The translations under genes were made by a program, and so were the position numbers. The notes beneath the pieces are model-generated. The model was not told the DNA's origin, did no database searches, and worked only from the letters and a program-made list of their open reading frames with translations. A stretch of DNA of 38,227 bases from an uncultured Candidatus Saccharibacteria bacterium (GTDB lineage Bacteria > Patescibacteriota > Saccharimonadia > Saccharimonadales > UBA4665), in assembly GCA_964459795.1 (NCBI GenBank), contig CAYWOA010000002.1, positions 1-38,227 on the forward strand. Reading direction: 5' to 3'. This document shows, in pieces, positions 8,408-16,621 of this stretch; position 1 is the stretch's first letter; each line of letters starts with the position of its first letter.

Positions 8408-8994
8408 GGTTTTATGTATTCGTTTACCGTTAATGTGAAAGACACGTTATTCGAGTTTTTCGAATCGGGCTGAATGCTGATGGCGCTGACTTGAGCGGTG
8501 CGGCGATTATTCTCGAGCTTCTGCAAGAACGTGATGAAGTGCGAGTACGGCACAGCGTCTGACGAATTTTGTGTGATGGTGATGGGCAAGAGATAGACAC
8601 CCGAAATACCCGATGTCGTGACCTGCGTCATGCCATTGACCGTCTTGCCGGTGCCGCCGAGGGTCGAAGCCGGGAAGGTGATGGAGCTAATATTGGGAAT
8701 ACCGCTCGCACTGGCGATACGGACGACTTCATTGACCGTTTGTGCCTGGTTTTTGTCCTGCGGCACAACCGCTTTTGCAATCTCGTTGAGTTCAGAGTAT
8801 TTTGCAATATCCGCCTTGTCTTTCTTGATTGTGTCCTGCTGATCGAGCGTGACCTCACTCTCGGCCTTTAGTTTGCTTAGCTCGGCAGACTTGTGAGTCA
8901 GAATTGTGTTTGCAACTATGCCCGAAACAAAGAAGCACAGGCCGAGCACAATCGTGCCGGCTATGAGTAGGTAATTTAATTTTTTCGCGTTCAT
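8404..8994 (-). CDS. pilO: PilO-like type IV pilus assembly protein
   Basis: 196 aa with an N-terminal TM, a coiled-coil segment and a C-terminal globular part. Translationally coupled downstream of pilN. Confidence 0.55.
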   Translation of the reverse strand: MNAKKLNYLLIAGTIVLGLCFFVSGIVANTILTHKSAELSKLKAESEVTLDQQDTIKKDKADIAKYSELNEIAKAVVPQDKNQAQTVNEVVRIASASGIPNISSITFPASTLGGTGKTVNGMTQVTTSGISGVYLLPITITQNSSDAVPYSHFITFLQKLENNRRTAQVSAISIQPDSKNSNNVSFTLTVNEYIKP

Positions 8995-9584
8995 TACTTC
9001 GTGCTCGCTGCTTTACTCGTTACGATGTATGGATTATCTGAGGCAAACAGGGCCCTTAGCTGGATTGTACAAGGGTATGAATTGGTGCCGCCGCAGTTGA
9101 TGCTCAGTATATCAGCCTTGCTGAAAAGCTTGTTGTCCGGGTCGCTCAAATTGACCTGAATCTGGGTGGCAGAGCTATAGTTTTTCGCTTCCGCAGAAAT
9201 ATCGATAGCGCCTTCTGTTTGCGAAATAGATAACCCGGTGAGGTTCGTTTCTGCAGGCATAAGGGCGCCGAGTTTTTGGAGGAGGCCAGAGAAAATAATC
9301 TGCTTTGACAGAACCTCAACAACCAAGTTGAGATTGCTAGAGATCTCTTTAACCTCTTGCTGAACTTTGTCGAGATCCTGTGCTGCGAGCTGCTGCCGTG
9401 AAGTTTCTATTTGCGTTCTATAGTTATTTGCTGTCTGGTTCATATATAGGTAGCCGAAAGCGGTGATAACCGCTGCGCCCAAGATACCAGTGACACAAAC
9501 GAGAATCCAGCGCACCAGATGGCGGTTTACCCGCGCTGCGCGGTAGGCCTGCTTTAGGTCTGGAGGCAAGAGATTGATCATCAA
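8994..9584 (-). CDS. pilN: PilN-like type IV pilus assembly protein
   Basis: The N-terminus MMINLLPPDLKQAY... followed by a TM helix is the PilN/fimbrial-assembly signature. 4-nt overlap with pilM. Confidence 0.7.
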   Translation of the reverse strand: MMINLLPPDLKQAYRAARVNRHLVRWILVCVTGILGAAVITAFGYLYMNQTANNYRTQIETSRQQLAAQDLDKVQQEVKEISSNLNLVVEVLSKQIIFSGLLQKLGALMPAETNLTGLSISQTEGAIDISAEAKNYSSATQIQVNLSDPDNKLFSKADILSINCGGTNSYPCTIQLRALFASDNPYIVTSKAASTK

Positions 9585-10660
9585 AAAGCCTCCCCGGGCG
9601 TTATTAGGCTCAAACCAGCTGCGGTGACGTATGACATGCGATCACCGACGCTGATGGGCTGAAGATGACCGAAATCGATAAAATTCGTCGGGTCGAAAGC
9701 GCGCACAGGCATGCGCAGGGCGTTCGTCATATAATCTGCCAGGCCCGGCATGTTGGCACCACCGCCCATGATAACGATCTGTGCGATTTTGCGTTTGCTC
9801 TTGGAGCGTTCTTCGTAGTAGCGTACACTTCGGAGGACTTCTTTCATGAGGCTACCGAAGGTCGGTTCAAGAACTTTCTCGATCTGCTTTTGCTTCTTGC
9901 TGTAGCTGAGACCATACTTTGTTTTGATAATAACTGCCTCACGACGGCTGACATCGAGAGCTTGTGCAATCAGGTTTGTGATTTCCTCGCCGCCACACGC
10001 TACCGTGCCGCTGACGACAGGGTTTTTATCGAACACGGTAATATCGGCACTGTCGCTGCCGAAGTCAATCAGTACACTCGGCAAACTACTCTGACTATCG
10101 CGGGCGAACAGGTACGCCCCAGCTCCGCTTGAGGTCTGCACGGCAACGGTCTCGAGACCAAGCAGCCGGCAAAGTGTGACATAGGAATCCACAATCTGCC
10201 GCGGCATAGCGACGATGAAAGTTGCCCACTTGTTCTTGCCGGTTTGCGCAGTGCTATAGTCGATATATAAGCTCTCGGGAGCGGCGGGAATATACTGCTC
10301 TACCTCTGTACTGATGGCCTGGGCGAGCTCTTTCTCGTTGAGATTCGGTAGCTCAATCGAACGAGTAAAGGCTCGTGATATAGGTAGCGCGATAGCCACA
10401 CGGTTCGTCGTAATATCGCCGACAAGGCTGTGTTTAAACAGCTGCTGGATCGAGGCGGCTAGCTCTTCGTGCCTGACGATGACGCCGTTCTCGATGACAG
10501 TGGGCTTAAACGCAATTTCACCGTAGCCGATAACTTTTGGCCGCTGTCTACCGGGCACTAGCTGCATGACTCGGACGGTGCTATGTCCGATATCTAAGCC
10601 GAAAAGGGGCTTGTCCTCGTACAGATACGGTACGGAATGTGTCTTTTTCATGCTGCCCAT
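9581..10660 (-). CDS. pilM: type IV pilus assembly ATPase-like protein PilM
   Basis: 359 aa with an actin-like fold pattern (FGLDIGHSTVRVMQL ... IDFGSDSADITV ... VIMGGGANMPGLADY). Confidence 0.85.
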   Translation of the reverse strand: MGSMKKTHSVPYLYEDKPLFGLDIGHSTVRVMQLVPGRQRPKVIGYGEIAFKPTVIENGVIVRHEELAASIQQLFKHSLVGDITTNRVAIALPISRAFTRSIELPNLNEKELAQAISTEVEQYIPAAPESLYIDYSTAQTGKNKWATFIVAMPRQIVDSYVTLCRLLGLETVAVQTSSGAGAYLFARDSQSSLPSVLIDFGSDSADITVFDKNPVVSGTVACGGEEITNLIAQALDVSRREAVIIKTKYGLSYSKKQKQIEKVLEPTFGSLMKEVLRSVRYYEERSKSKRKIAQIVIMGGGANMPGLADYMTNALRMPVRAFDPTNFIDFGHLQPISVGDRMSYVTAAGLSLITPGEAF

Positions 10661-10771
10661 CTAAGCATTGCCATTTCTACTACGGTTAAGCATAGCACAA
10701 AACAGTGGTTTCACCTATGTCACATGGCGGTGTTCTCGCTCATGGTTACATGAGCTATACTTAAGGGTAAG

Positions 10772-12328
10772 ATGACAACACGTAGGGCGGGCGAAGCGGG
10801 ATTTACATTGGTCGAGTTGACGGTTGCGCTCGTGGTGATTAGTATCTTGATGATTGGGCTATTCAGCCTATTCAACTCAGTTATTCGGAGTATCATCATT
10901 GCGCGGCGTCAGTCGGTCGCACTGACCCTGGCAACAGATCAACTTGAGTATCTTCGGTCCTTGCCGTATGACAGCCTCGCAGTGCAGGGCGGTTCGATCT
11001 ATGCTACATCGCTACTGCCAGCGACGAAAACTCAGACAGTCAACGGTGTCAGCTATACGACCACGACGAGCATCGGTTACGTCGATGATGCCTATGACGG
11101 CTGCGCTGTATATCCTGATACAGCAACGAAGCAGAAGTACTGCCGCAATTACCCGCCGCCGAGTGGCGCACCAACGACCGATACAAATCCCGCCGACTAC
11201 AAAATCGCCCACGTTGTGACCAAAGATAAAACGGGTATGCAACTTGCTGCTGTCGACACTGAGATAACGGCCCGCGTCGCCGAGACGGCTAGTACGACCG
11301 GTGCACTTTTTGTCACAGTGGTGGATGGTAGCGGCGCGCCCATCTCCGGTGCGACCGTATCGGTGAATAATACGACGATTACACCGGTAGCGAGCCTCGG
11401 GGATTCGACCGACGAGAACGGTAAGTCAATTTTTTACAACCTCCCGCCTGACTCTGGGAATGACTACATCATTACCGCGACCAAAGACGGCTACTCCAGT
11501 CTGACGACCATTGGGGTGAGCGGCAGTCTGCAGCCGACGTACCCGAGTCAAAAAATTATCGCGCAGGCATCATCCTCCGTAACGCTAACGATTGTGCCCA
11601 TGACTGCAAATAGCCTGGTAATCGAGACAACCAACACGGCTGGAACCGCTCTGGCTGGTGCGAAAGTCTATGTGAAAGGGGGCTACAAAAAGTACACTGC
11701 AACCACTGACTTCAGTTATTACTACGACACGCTGTCACCGAGTGACATCCGGCCGACCACTGATGCAAGTGGTCTTGCGGCGCTCACAAACCTGGTACCG
11801 TACAATGGTTACGTCTTCTGCGGTGAACTCGGCGACTCAAACTGCAAGGTCGGCTCGACGACATATTATCTGGCGGCCGCGGTCCCATACGGCGGTACAA
11901 ACTCGCTGTCGCCAATTACCGTGCCGACATATCCGTCTACAAGCCCGCCCGCTATGCCGTATGCGTACGGCAGCAACAACTATCTGCAAAAAGTGCGGCT
12001 CATGCTGACGACGAGCTCTAGCTTCCCGCGTATTTTTAAGATGTCGCCGTACGAACTCAGTCTTGCAAGCAGCAGTCTCAGCAGCTTCACCGTGAACCTA
12101 ACAGGCAAAAACCTGTCTGGTGCGACGGTTAAATTTACTCAGGGGAGTTCGACGTACGCCGGTACGTGCGGTTACAGTACGGCGACATCTCCGGCCTACG
12201 ATTTGCTCAACTGTACGTTCAACCTAACCGGTGTTACAGCTGGTCAGCTGCAGCTGTCGGTAACGAACGCTAGTGGCACACTGACGCTACCTACGTCGCC
12301 GCTCGGGGGTTTCAATGTTGCGCCGTGA
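10772..12328 (+). CDS. large prepilin-type protein (minor pilin or putative tip adhesin) with CarboxypepD_reg-like beta-sandwich modules
   Basis: N-terminal class III signal (AGEAG|FTLVELTVALVVISIL). Internal modules LFVTVVDGSGAPISGATVSVNN...TDENGKSIFYNLP...YIITATKDGY and VIETTNTAGTALAGAKVYVKGG. Confidence 0.75.
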   Translation: MTTRRAGEAGFTLVELTVALVVISILMIGLFSLFNSVIRSIIIARRQSVALTLATDQLEYLRSLPYDSLAVQGGSIYATSLLPATKTQTVNGVSYTTTTSIGYVDDAYDGCAVYPDTATKQKYCRNYPPPSGAPTTDTNPADYKIAHVVTKDKTGMQLAAVDTEITARVAETASTTGALFVTVVDGSGAPISGATVSVNNTTITPVASLGDSTDENGKSIFYNLPPDSGNDYIITATKDGYSSLTTIGVSGSLQPTYPSQKIIAQASSSVTLTIVPMTANSLVIETTNTAGTALAGAKVYVKGGYKKYTATTDFSYYYDTLSPSDIRPTTDASGLAALTNLVPYNGYVFCGELGDSNCKVGSTTYYLAAAVPYGGTNSLSPITVPTYPSTSPPAMPYAYGSNNYLQKVRLMLTTSSSFPRIFKMSPYELSLASSSLSSFTVNLTGKNLSGATVKFTQGSSTYAGTCGYSTATSPAYDLLNCTFNLTGVTAGQLQLSVTNASGTLTLPTSPLGGFNVAP

Positions 12329-12926
12329 CCCAGATAACCATATTGACCAAGCTGGCTTCACGCTCGTCGAGCTACTCATTACGTTCACACTCATCATTAT
12401 CATCGGTACGACATTCTTCGTACTCTTTAAGTCGACACTTTTTAACTTCGTTAACTTGCAGTCGGATGCCTCTAGCTCGGTACAGCTCAATACCCAGGCA
12501 AACCGCGTCGCAACGGTACTCAGAGGCGCTACGGGCATCAATAGTGCAGCGGCAAACGACCTGGTGGTATATTCGTACTTTTACCCATCCGACACCTATG
12601 TGTCACTGCTCCACTATTACTTGCAGACATCAGGAGGTCACACAAAACTTATGGCTGATCTTACGCCGATGACGGCCAATCCTCCGACTGGTACGCCCAT
12701 TACAGCCAGTAAGCGCACATTTACGATAATTGATAACTATTACCAGGCAACTGGTGTCAATCTCTTCACGTACCTCGATGCTAACGGCTCCGCACTATCT
12801 TTGCCAATCAGCGATCTCCAAACCATTAAAGGAATCCAGGTTACGTTGACAGCCAAGACATCGAACAATGCAAATCAAACGCTGAGCGTGCAAGTCAGTT
12901 TGCGCAATAGGAAGACGAACTTATGA
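12315..12926 (+). CDS. prepilin-type N-terminal cleavage/methylation domain protein (minor pilin)
   Basis: DQAG|FTLVELLITFTLIIIIG leader. 203 aa. Overlaps both neighbouring genes. Confidence 0.7.
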   Translation: MLRRDPDNHIDQAGFTLVELLITFTLIIIIGTTFFVLFKSTLFNFVNLQSDASSSVQLNTQANRVATVLRGATGINSAAANDLVVYSYFYPSDTYVSLLHYYLQTSGGHTKLMADLTPMTANPPTGTPITASKRTFTIIDNYYQATGVNLFTYLDANGSALSLPISDLQTIKGIQVTLTAKTSNNANQTLSVQVSLRNRKTNL

Positions 12927-14512
12927 GACGCATACATATTCACCGGCATGGCCACTGTAAAAAAGCGGCGCCAATGGCTGCCCAGGCTGGCTATATTCTC
13001 CCGGCGGTGCTGTCACTGATTATCGCGGTCAGTTTCTTTGCGACCGCGCTTCTCATGATTACGATCAATAATTTCTTCGTCGTGGGCAATAACGTGCGCA
13101 GCCAGCAGGCTTTCAATATCGCTGAAGCTGGCGTCAATTACTACCTCTGGCACATGGCACATAACGGTACCGACTACAAAGACGGTCAGTCAACCCCCAC
13201 GACGCCGGATGCTACACTTGGCTATGGTCCATATGTGCATACCTACACGGACAGCGAGGCTGTCCAGACCGGTACCTTTACTTTATGGATCAAGCCTCAA
13301 GGCAATGGCTCGACCATCGCAACCGTTCGTTCAATCGGCAAGGTGAACGGTTCGAATATCACACGAACCGTCGAAGCGCAGATTGGTGCCGCATCGTTTG
13401 CGAGCTATGGTCTGGTGTCGAATGAAGAGTTCTGGTTTGGTAGCAATGAGGCGGCGAACGGACCAGTTTTTTCAAATGTCGGCATCCATATGGACGGCGC
13501 GAATAGCGACACAGTAGGGGCTGCCAATGCAACTTATGTGCCCGATAGCGCTTATGGGGGCAATGGCAGCACATCGCATTCCGGCGTCTGGTGCAGCACG
13601 ACCGTCACCTCGCCCGTTAATTGCAGCACTCGAGATAAGAGCAACTGGTTGTACCCGAAATCATCCGTTGATTTCAACCAAGTATCAAACTCGCTGTGCT
13701 TGATGAAACAGACCGCTCTCGGCTCCACGAGCTCCTCAGTCTGTAGCACAACGCCGACGACACGTACGGCATCATATGTACCGCAGTACAGCACCAGCGG
13801 TAGCTATAGTGTTAACCAGGGGTATCTCATCCAACTTAATGCGAATAATACCTATGATCTGTATAAAGTTAGCGCCGAAACCGACACCGCGTCGACCTAC
13901 AGCGCCGCGCTTACGAAAACTGCCGTCGCGACAGGTATCGCCGTGCCATCCTCGGGAGTGATATTTGTCGAGGACAATGTCTGGATACGAACTGCGTCGG
14001 CGTTTACTAGCCGAGTAACGATTGCCTCGGGTCGCCTAGCGACTAACTATAGTACCAATATCACCATTGCCGACAATGTGTTATACAGCGCAAAGGATGG
14101 CAGTGCCGCCATCGGCCTAGTGGCCGAAAACAATGTCGTTATTGCGCCCTATGCGCCGGGGACGAGTGGCTCGCTCGAAGTCGATGCCGCCATGCTGGCT
14201 ATGAACGGATATGTGAGTTGGCAGCAGTACTACGAAGGGACGAGCAATTGCACCAAGGGCTGGACGGCGAGCAATCAGACCTTTACTTCATACGGATCCA
14301 TTGCCAGCAAACTGAATTGGACGTGGAACTTTAGTAGGGGCAGCAGCTGCGGCAGTGCCGTAAAAGATTCTACCTCTGGCTACTACTACTCAGGCATCAT
14401 GCGAACGACGACGAGCTACGACTACAATATGCTCTATTCGCCGCCGCCGAGCTACCCAGTCACTGGAACGTACAACATCCTGAGCTGGCGCGAAGTCCTG
14501 ACAAAACCCTAG
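12923..14512 (+). CDS. PilX-N-like pilus-associated protein
   Basis: A hydrophobic N-terminal helix followed by RSQQAFNIAEAGVNYYLWHM resembles the PilX N-terminal domain, with a large Ser/Thr/Gly-rich extracellular part. The start may be Met at 12974. Confidence 0.5.
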   Translation: MRRIHIHRHGHCKKAAPMAAQAGYILPAVLSLIIAVSFFATALLMITINNFFVVGNNVRSQQAFNIAEAGVNYYLWHMAHNGTDYKDGQSTPTTPDATLGYGPYVHTYTDSEAVQTGTFTLWIKPQGNGSTIATVRSIGKVNGSNITRTVEAQIGAASFASYGLVSNEEFWFGSNEAANGPVFSNVGIHMDGANSDTVGAANATYVPDSAYGGNGSTSHSGVWCSTTVTSPVNCSTRDKSNWLYPKSSVDFNQVSNSLCLMKQTALGSTSSSVCSTTPTTRTASYVPQYSTSGSYSVNQGYLIQLNANNTYDLYKVSAETDTASTYSAALTKTAVATGIAVPSSGVIFVEDNVWIRTASAFTSRVTIASGRLATNYSTNITIADNVLYSAKDGSAAIGLVAENNVVIAPYAPGTSGSLEVDAAMLAMNGYVSWQQYYEGTSNCTKGWTASNQTFTSYGSIASKLNWTWNFSRGSSCGSAVKDSTSGYYYSGIMRTTTSYDYNMLYSPPPSYPVTGTYNILSWREVLTKP

Positions 14513-14722
14513 CAATTTCCGAGTGATTTCTAAAGTGTTTGGGTATATGCACTTCGGTGGCTATATGTTGGTCGGCGCAAGTCGCTGCTCGGCTGCTGGC
14601 AATGTGTTATATCACAATCCCTTCGGATTCTAGCTGCTCGTGCACAGCCCGTTATTGAGCAGCAGAGACGTAAGCTGTATTTGCTGGGGCGGCCACGACG
14701 ATTGATAAGTTGTACCTGGATA

Positions 14723-14755
14723 GTAAAACCGACCCGGTTTATGGGTCGGTTTTAC
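14723..14755. terminator. bidirectional hairpin terminator downstream of pilA
   Basis: GTAAAACCGACCC-ggtttat-GGGTCGGTTTTAC, a perfect 13-bp stem with A/T-runs on both sides, 24 nt past the pilA stop. Confidence 0.6.
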
Positions 14756-14778
14756 CTTTGCAAGCCTAGTAGTAGAAA

Positions 14779-15258
14779 CTAGTTACTGCTCTTGGTGTAG
14801 ATGGCGTCGGTGCCAGTCTTGCCTTCAAGCGATGCGGTCAGGGTGAACTTTGTACATGCGGTGTCATCCGCGGTACCGGTTGCCGAGCAGGCGGTTGTCC
14901 CGTCGTCATGCGTTGCAACGTAGCCATAGGTGTAGGTGCCAGCTGTAGCAGCACTGTTAGCGATGTCGTTACCTTTCGGGTCGACCAAGGCTGCTGCATC
15001 GAGGCCTTTCATGTTTGCTGCGCGCCATGTTGCGTCATTGAGCTGTGCGAATGTCGGATAGTTGCCCGACTGTGCGTAATACGCCTCGACGTGGCTGTCG
15101 ATTGCATTGATGTCAGTTTGACGCTGACTGTTACGTGCTTTTTGCTGAATACCGGTAAAGGTAACGATGACTAATGTCGCCAAAATACCGATGACCACTA
15201 TCACGATCAAAAGCTCGACAATCGTGAAGCCCTTGTTCTTATGTTTTAGTGAGACCAT
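14779..15258 (-). CDS. pilA: type IV major pilin (PilA-like)
   Basis: 159 aa. Leader MVSLKHKNKG|FTIVELLIVIVVIGILATLVIV with Glu+5. Strong SD (AAGGAGGGTG), and has its own promoter and terminator. Confidence 0.85.
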   Translation of the reverse strand: MVSLKHKNKGFTIVELLIVIVVIGILATLVIVTFTGIQQKARNSQRQTDINAIDSHVEAYYAQSGNYPTFAQLNDATWRAANMKGLDAAALVDPKGNDIANSAATAGTYTYGYVATHDDGTTACSATGTADDTACTKFTLTASLEGKTGTDAIYTKSSN

Positions 15259-15327
15259 AGAAGCCCACCCTCCTTATGATTTTTTTGCTGATTGCTTGCC
15301 GGGTATATACCCGTAAGTCTGACTATG

Positions 15328-15355
15328 ATTATAGCCATAAGTAGTATGTCGTCAA
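15328..15355 (-). promoter_or_regulatory. sigma70-type promoter of pilA (TTGACG-16 nt-TATAAT on the minus strand)
   Basis: Reverse complement of 15350-15355 is TTGACG and of 15328-15333 is TATAAT, with a 16-nt spacer. Roughly 70-nt 5' UTR containing the palindrome CGGGTATATACCCG (15300-15313). Confidence 0.55.
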
Positions 15356-15390
15356 GCGTGTTTTTACTCGGTCGTAATCTTCGTGTGCGT

Positions 15391-16608
15391 TTAGCTGCCG
15401 CCGACGTTATTGCTCAGGCTAGCAATCGGCCCCATAACACTGGCGGCAATCAGCCCGACTCCGGCGCCGAGGAAGATAATCATAATCGGTTCAATAACAG
15501 AGGCGAGCCCATCGATGGCGACAGCAACCTCCTCTTCATAGAAATCAGCAACCTTGATGAGTACAGTGTCGGTTGAGCCCGTCTCTTCACCGACCGCGAG
15601 CATTTGCGAGACAATCTTGGGGAAGTGGGGACTATTTGCAAGTACCTCAGAAAGCTGTTTGCCGTTTTTTACCTCTACGGCAGCATCGGCGAGCTCTTTT
15701 TCAATAACTTTATTGCCAATGGCGTTACCGGTTACGGCCAGCGCATCGAGTACACCCACACCGGCCGACATAAGTGAGGCGAAGGTGCGCGAGAAGCGTG
15801 CAATTGCAACCTTGGTGATGATCGACTTCACGACCGGTGTTCGGAGCATAAGTGAATGGAACTGATACTTGCCCTTCGGGGTATTGATGTACCGTCTGAG
15901 GCCCCAGATTATTAGCACCGCGCCAGGGATGATGATGTAGGCGTACTGGCGGCAGAACTGACTGAGGTCTATCAGCATCTGGGTATAGAATGGCAGTTTT
16001 GCGTCGGGTCCGCCGAGATCTTGCAATATCTTGGCAATCTTCGGCATGAGGATGAACATGATGCCGAAAAACGCGATGACGGTGATACTCAGGATGACGA
16101 CCGGGTACGTCATGGCACTTTTAACGCGCTTCTTTATGCTGGCATTCTGCTCAACTTGCAGCGCGAGGCGTTTTAGAATTTCGTCGAGAATGCCACCTTC
16201 TTCGCCGGCCTTGACCATATTCACATACACTTCATCGAAGACGTTCGGATACTTGCCAAATGCATCGCCGAGCTGCGTGCCGCCCTCGATATCCTTTGTA
16301 ACTTTGCCGAGCACCTCTTTAAAGTAGGGCGTATTTGCACTTTCCTGCAAAGTGGCGAGACCGCGGGCAATTGGTACGCCGGCCGAAATCATGGTCGAAA
16401 GCTGACGGGTAAAAATGACCATATCGCTGGTTTTTACCTTCTTGCCGAGCCCGAGCGAAAATTTATGACCAGTTTCCTCGGTGACGAGCAGTGGATGAAG
16501 GCCTTGATGATTGAGCGCTGCCATGGCCGCTTCGCGGTTCGTGGCTTCGATAACACCTGAGACGTCGGTATTGTCTTTATTGCGGAGAGCCTTGTAGGTA
16601 AATTTCAC
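15391..16608 (-). CDS. pilC: type IV pilus inner-membrane platform protein PilC (GspF family)
   Basis: Two T2SS-F repeats (FTRQLSTMISAGVPI... and FSRTFASLMSAGVGV...). I place the start at GTG 16608, which is preceded by AGGGAG with a 6-nt spacer just after the pilB stop. The track ORF extends to another GTG at 16644 that overlaps pilB by 23 nt. Confidence 0.85.
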   Translation of the reverse strand: MKFTYKALRNKDNTDVSGVIEATNREAAMAALNHQGLHPLLVTEETGHKFSLGLGKKVKTSDMVIFTRQLSTMISAGVPIARGLATLQESANTPYFKEVLGKVTKDIEGGTQLGDAFGKYPNVFDEVYVNMVKAGEEGGILDEILKRLALQVEQNASIKKRVKSAMTYPVVILSITVIAFFGIMFILMPKIAKILQDLGGPDAKLPFYTQMLIDLSQFCRQYAYIIIPGAVLIIWGLRRYINTPKGKYQFHSLMLRTPVVKSIITKVAIARFSRTFASLMSAGVGVLDALAVTGNAIGNKVIEKELADAAVEVKNGKQLSEVLANSPHFPKIVSQMLAVGEETGSTDTVLIKVADFYEEEVAVAIDGLASVIEPIMIIFLGAGVGLIAASVMGPIASLSNNVGGS

Positions 16609-16621
16609 CAGTCGCTCCCTA

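Noticed and set aside
14513-14722. Possible small ncRNA in the 266-nt convergent gap after the pilin operon (small hairpins such as AATCC-CTTC-GGATT and GCTGCTC...GAGCAGC)
   Set aside because: There are only short, weak stems, with no promoter-like hexamers or conserved motif I can recognise. The evidence is insufficient for a call.
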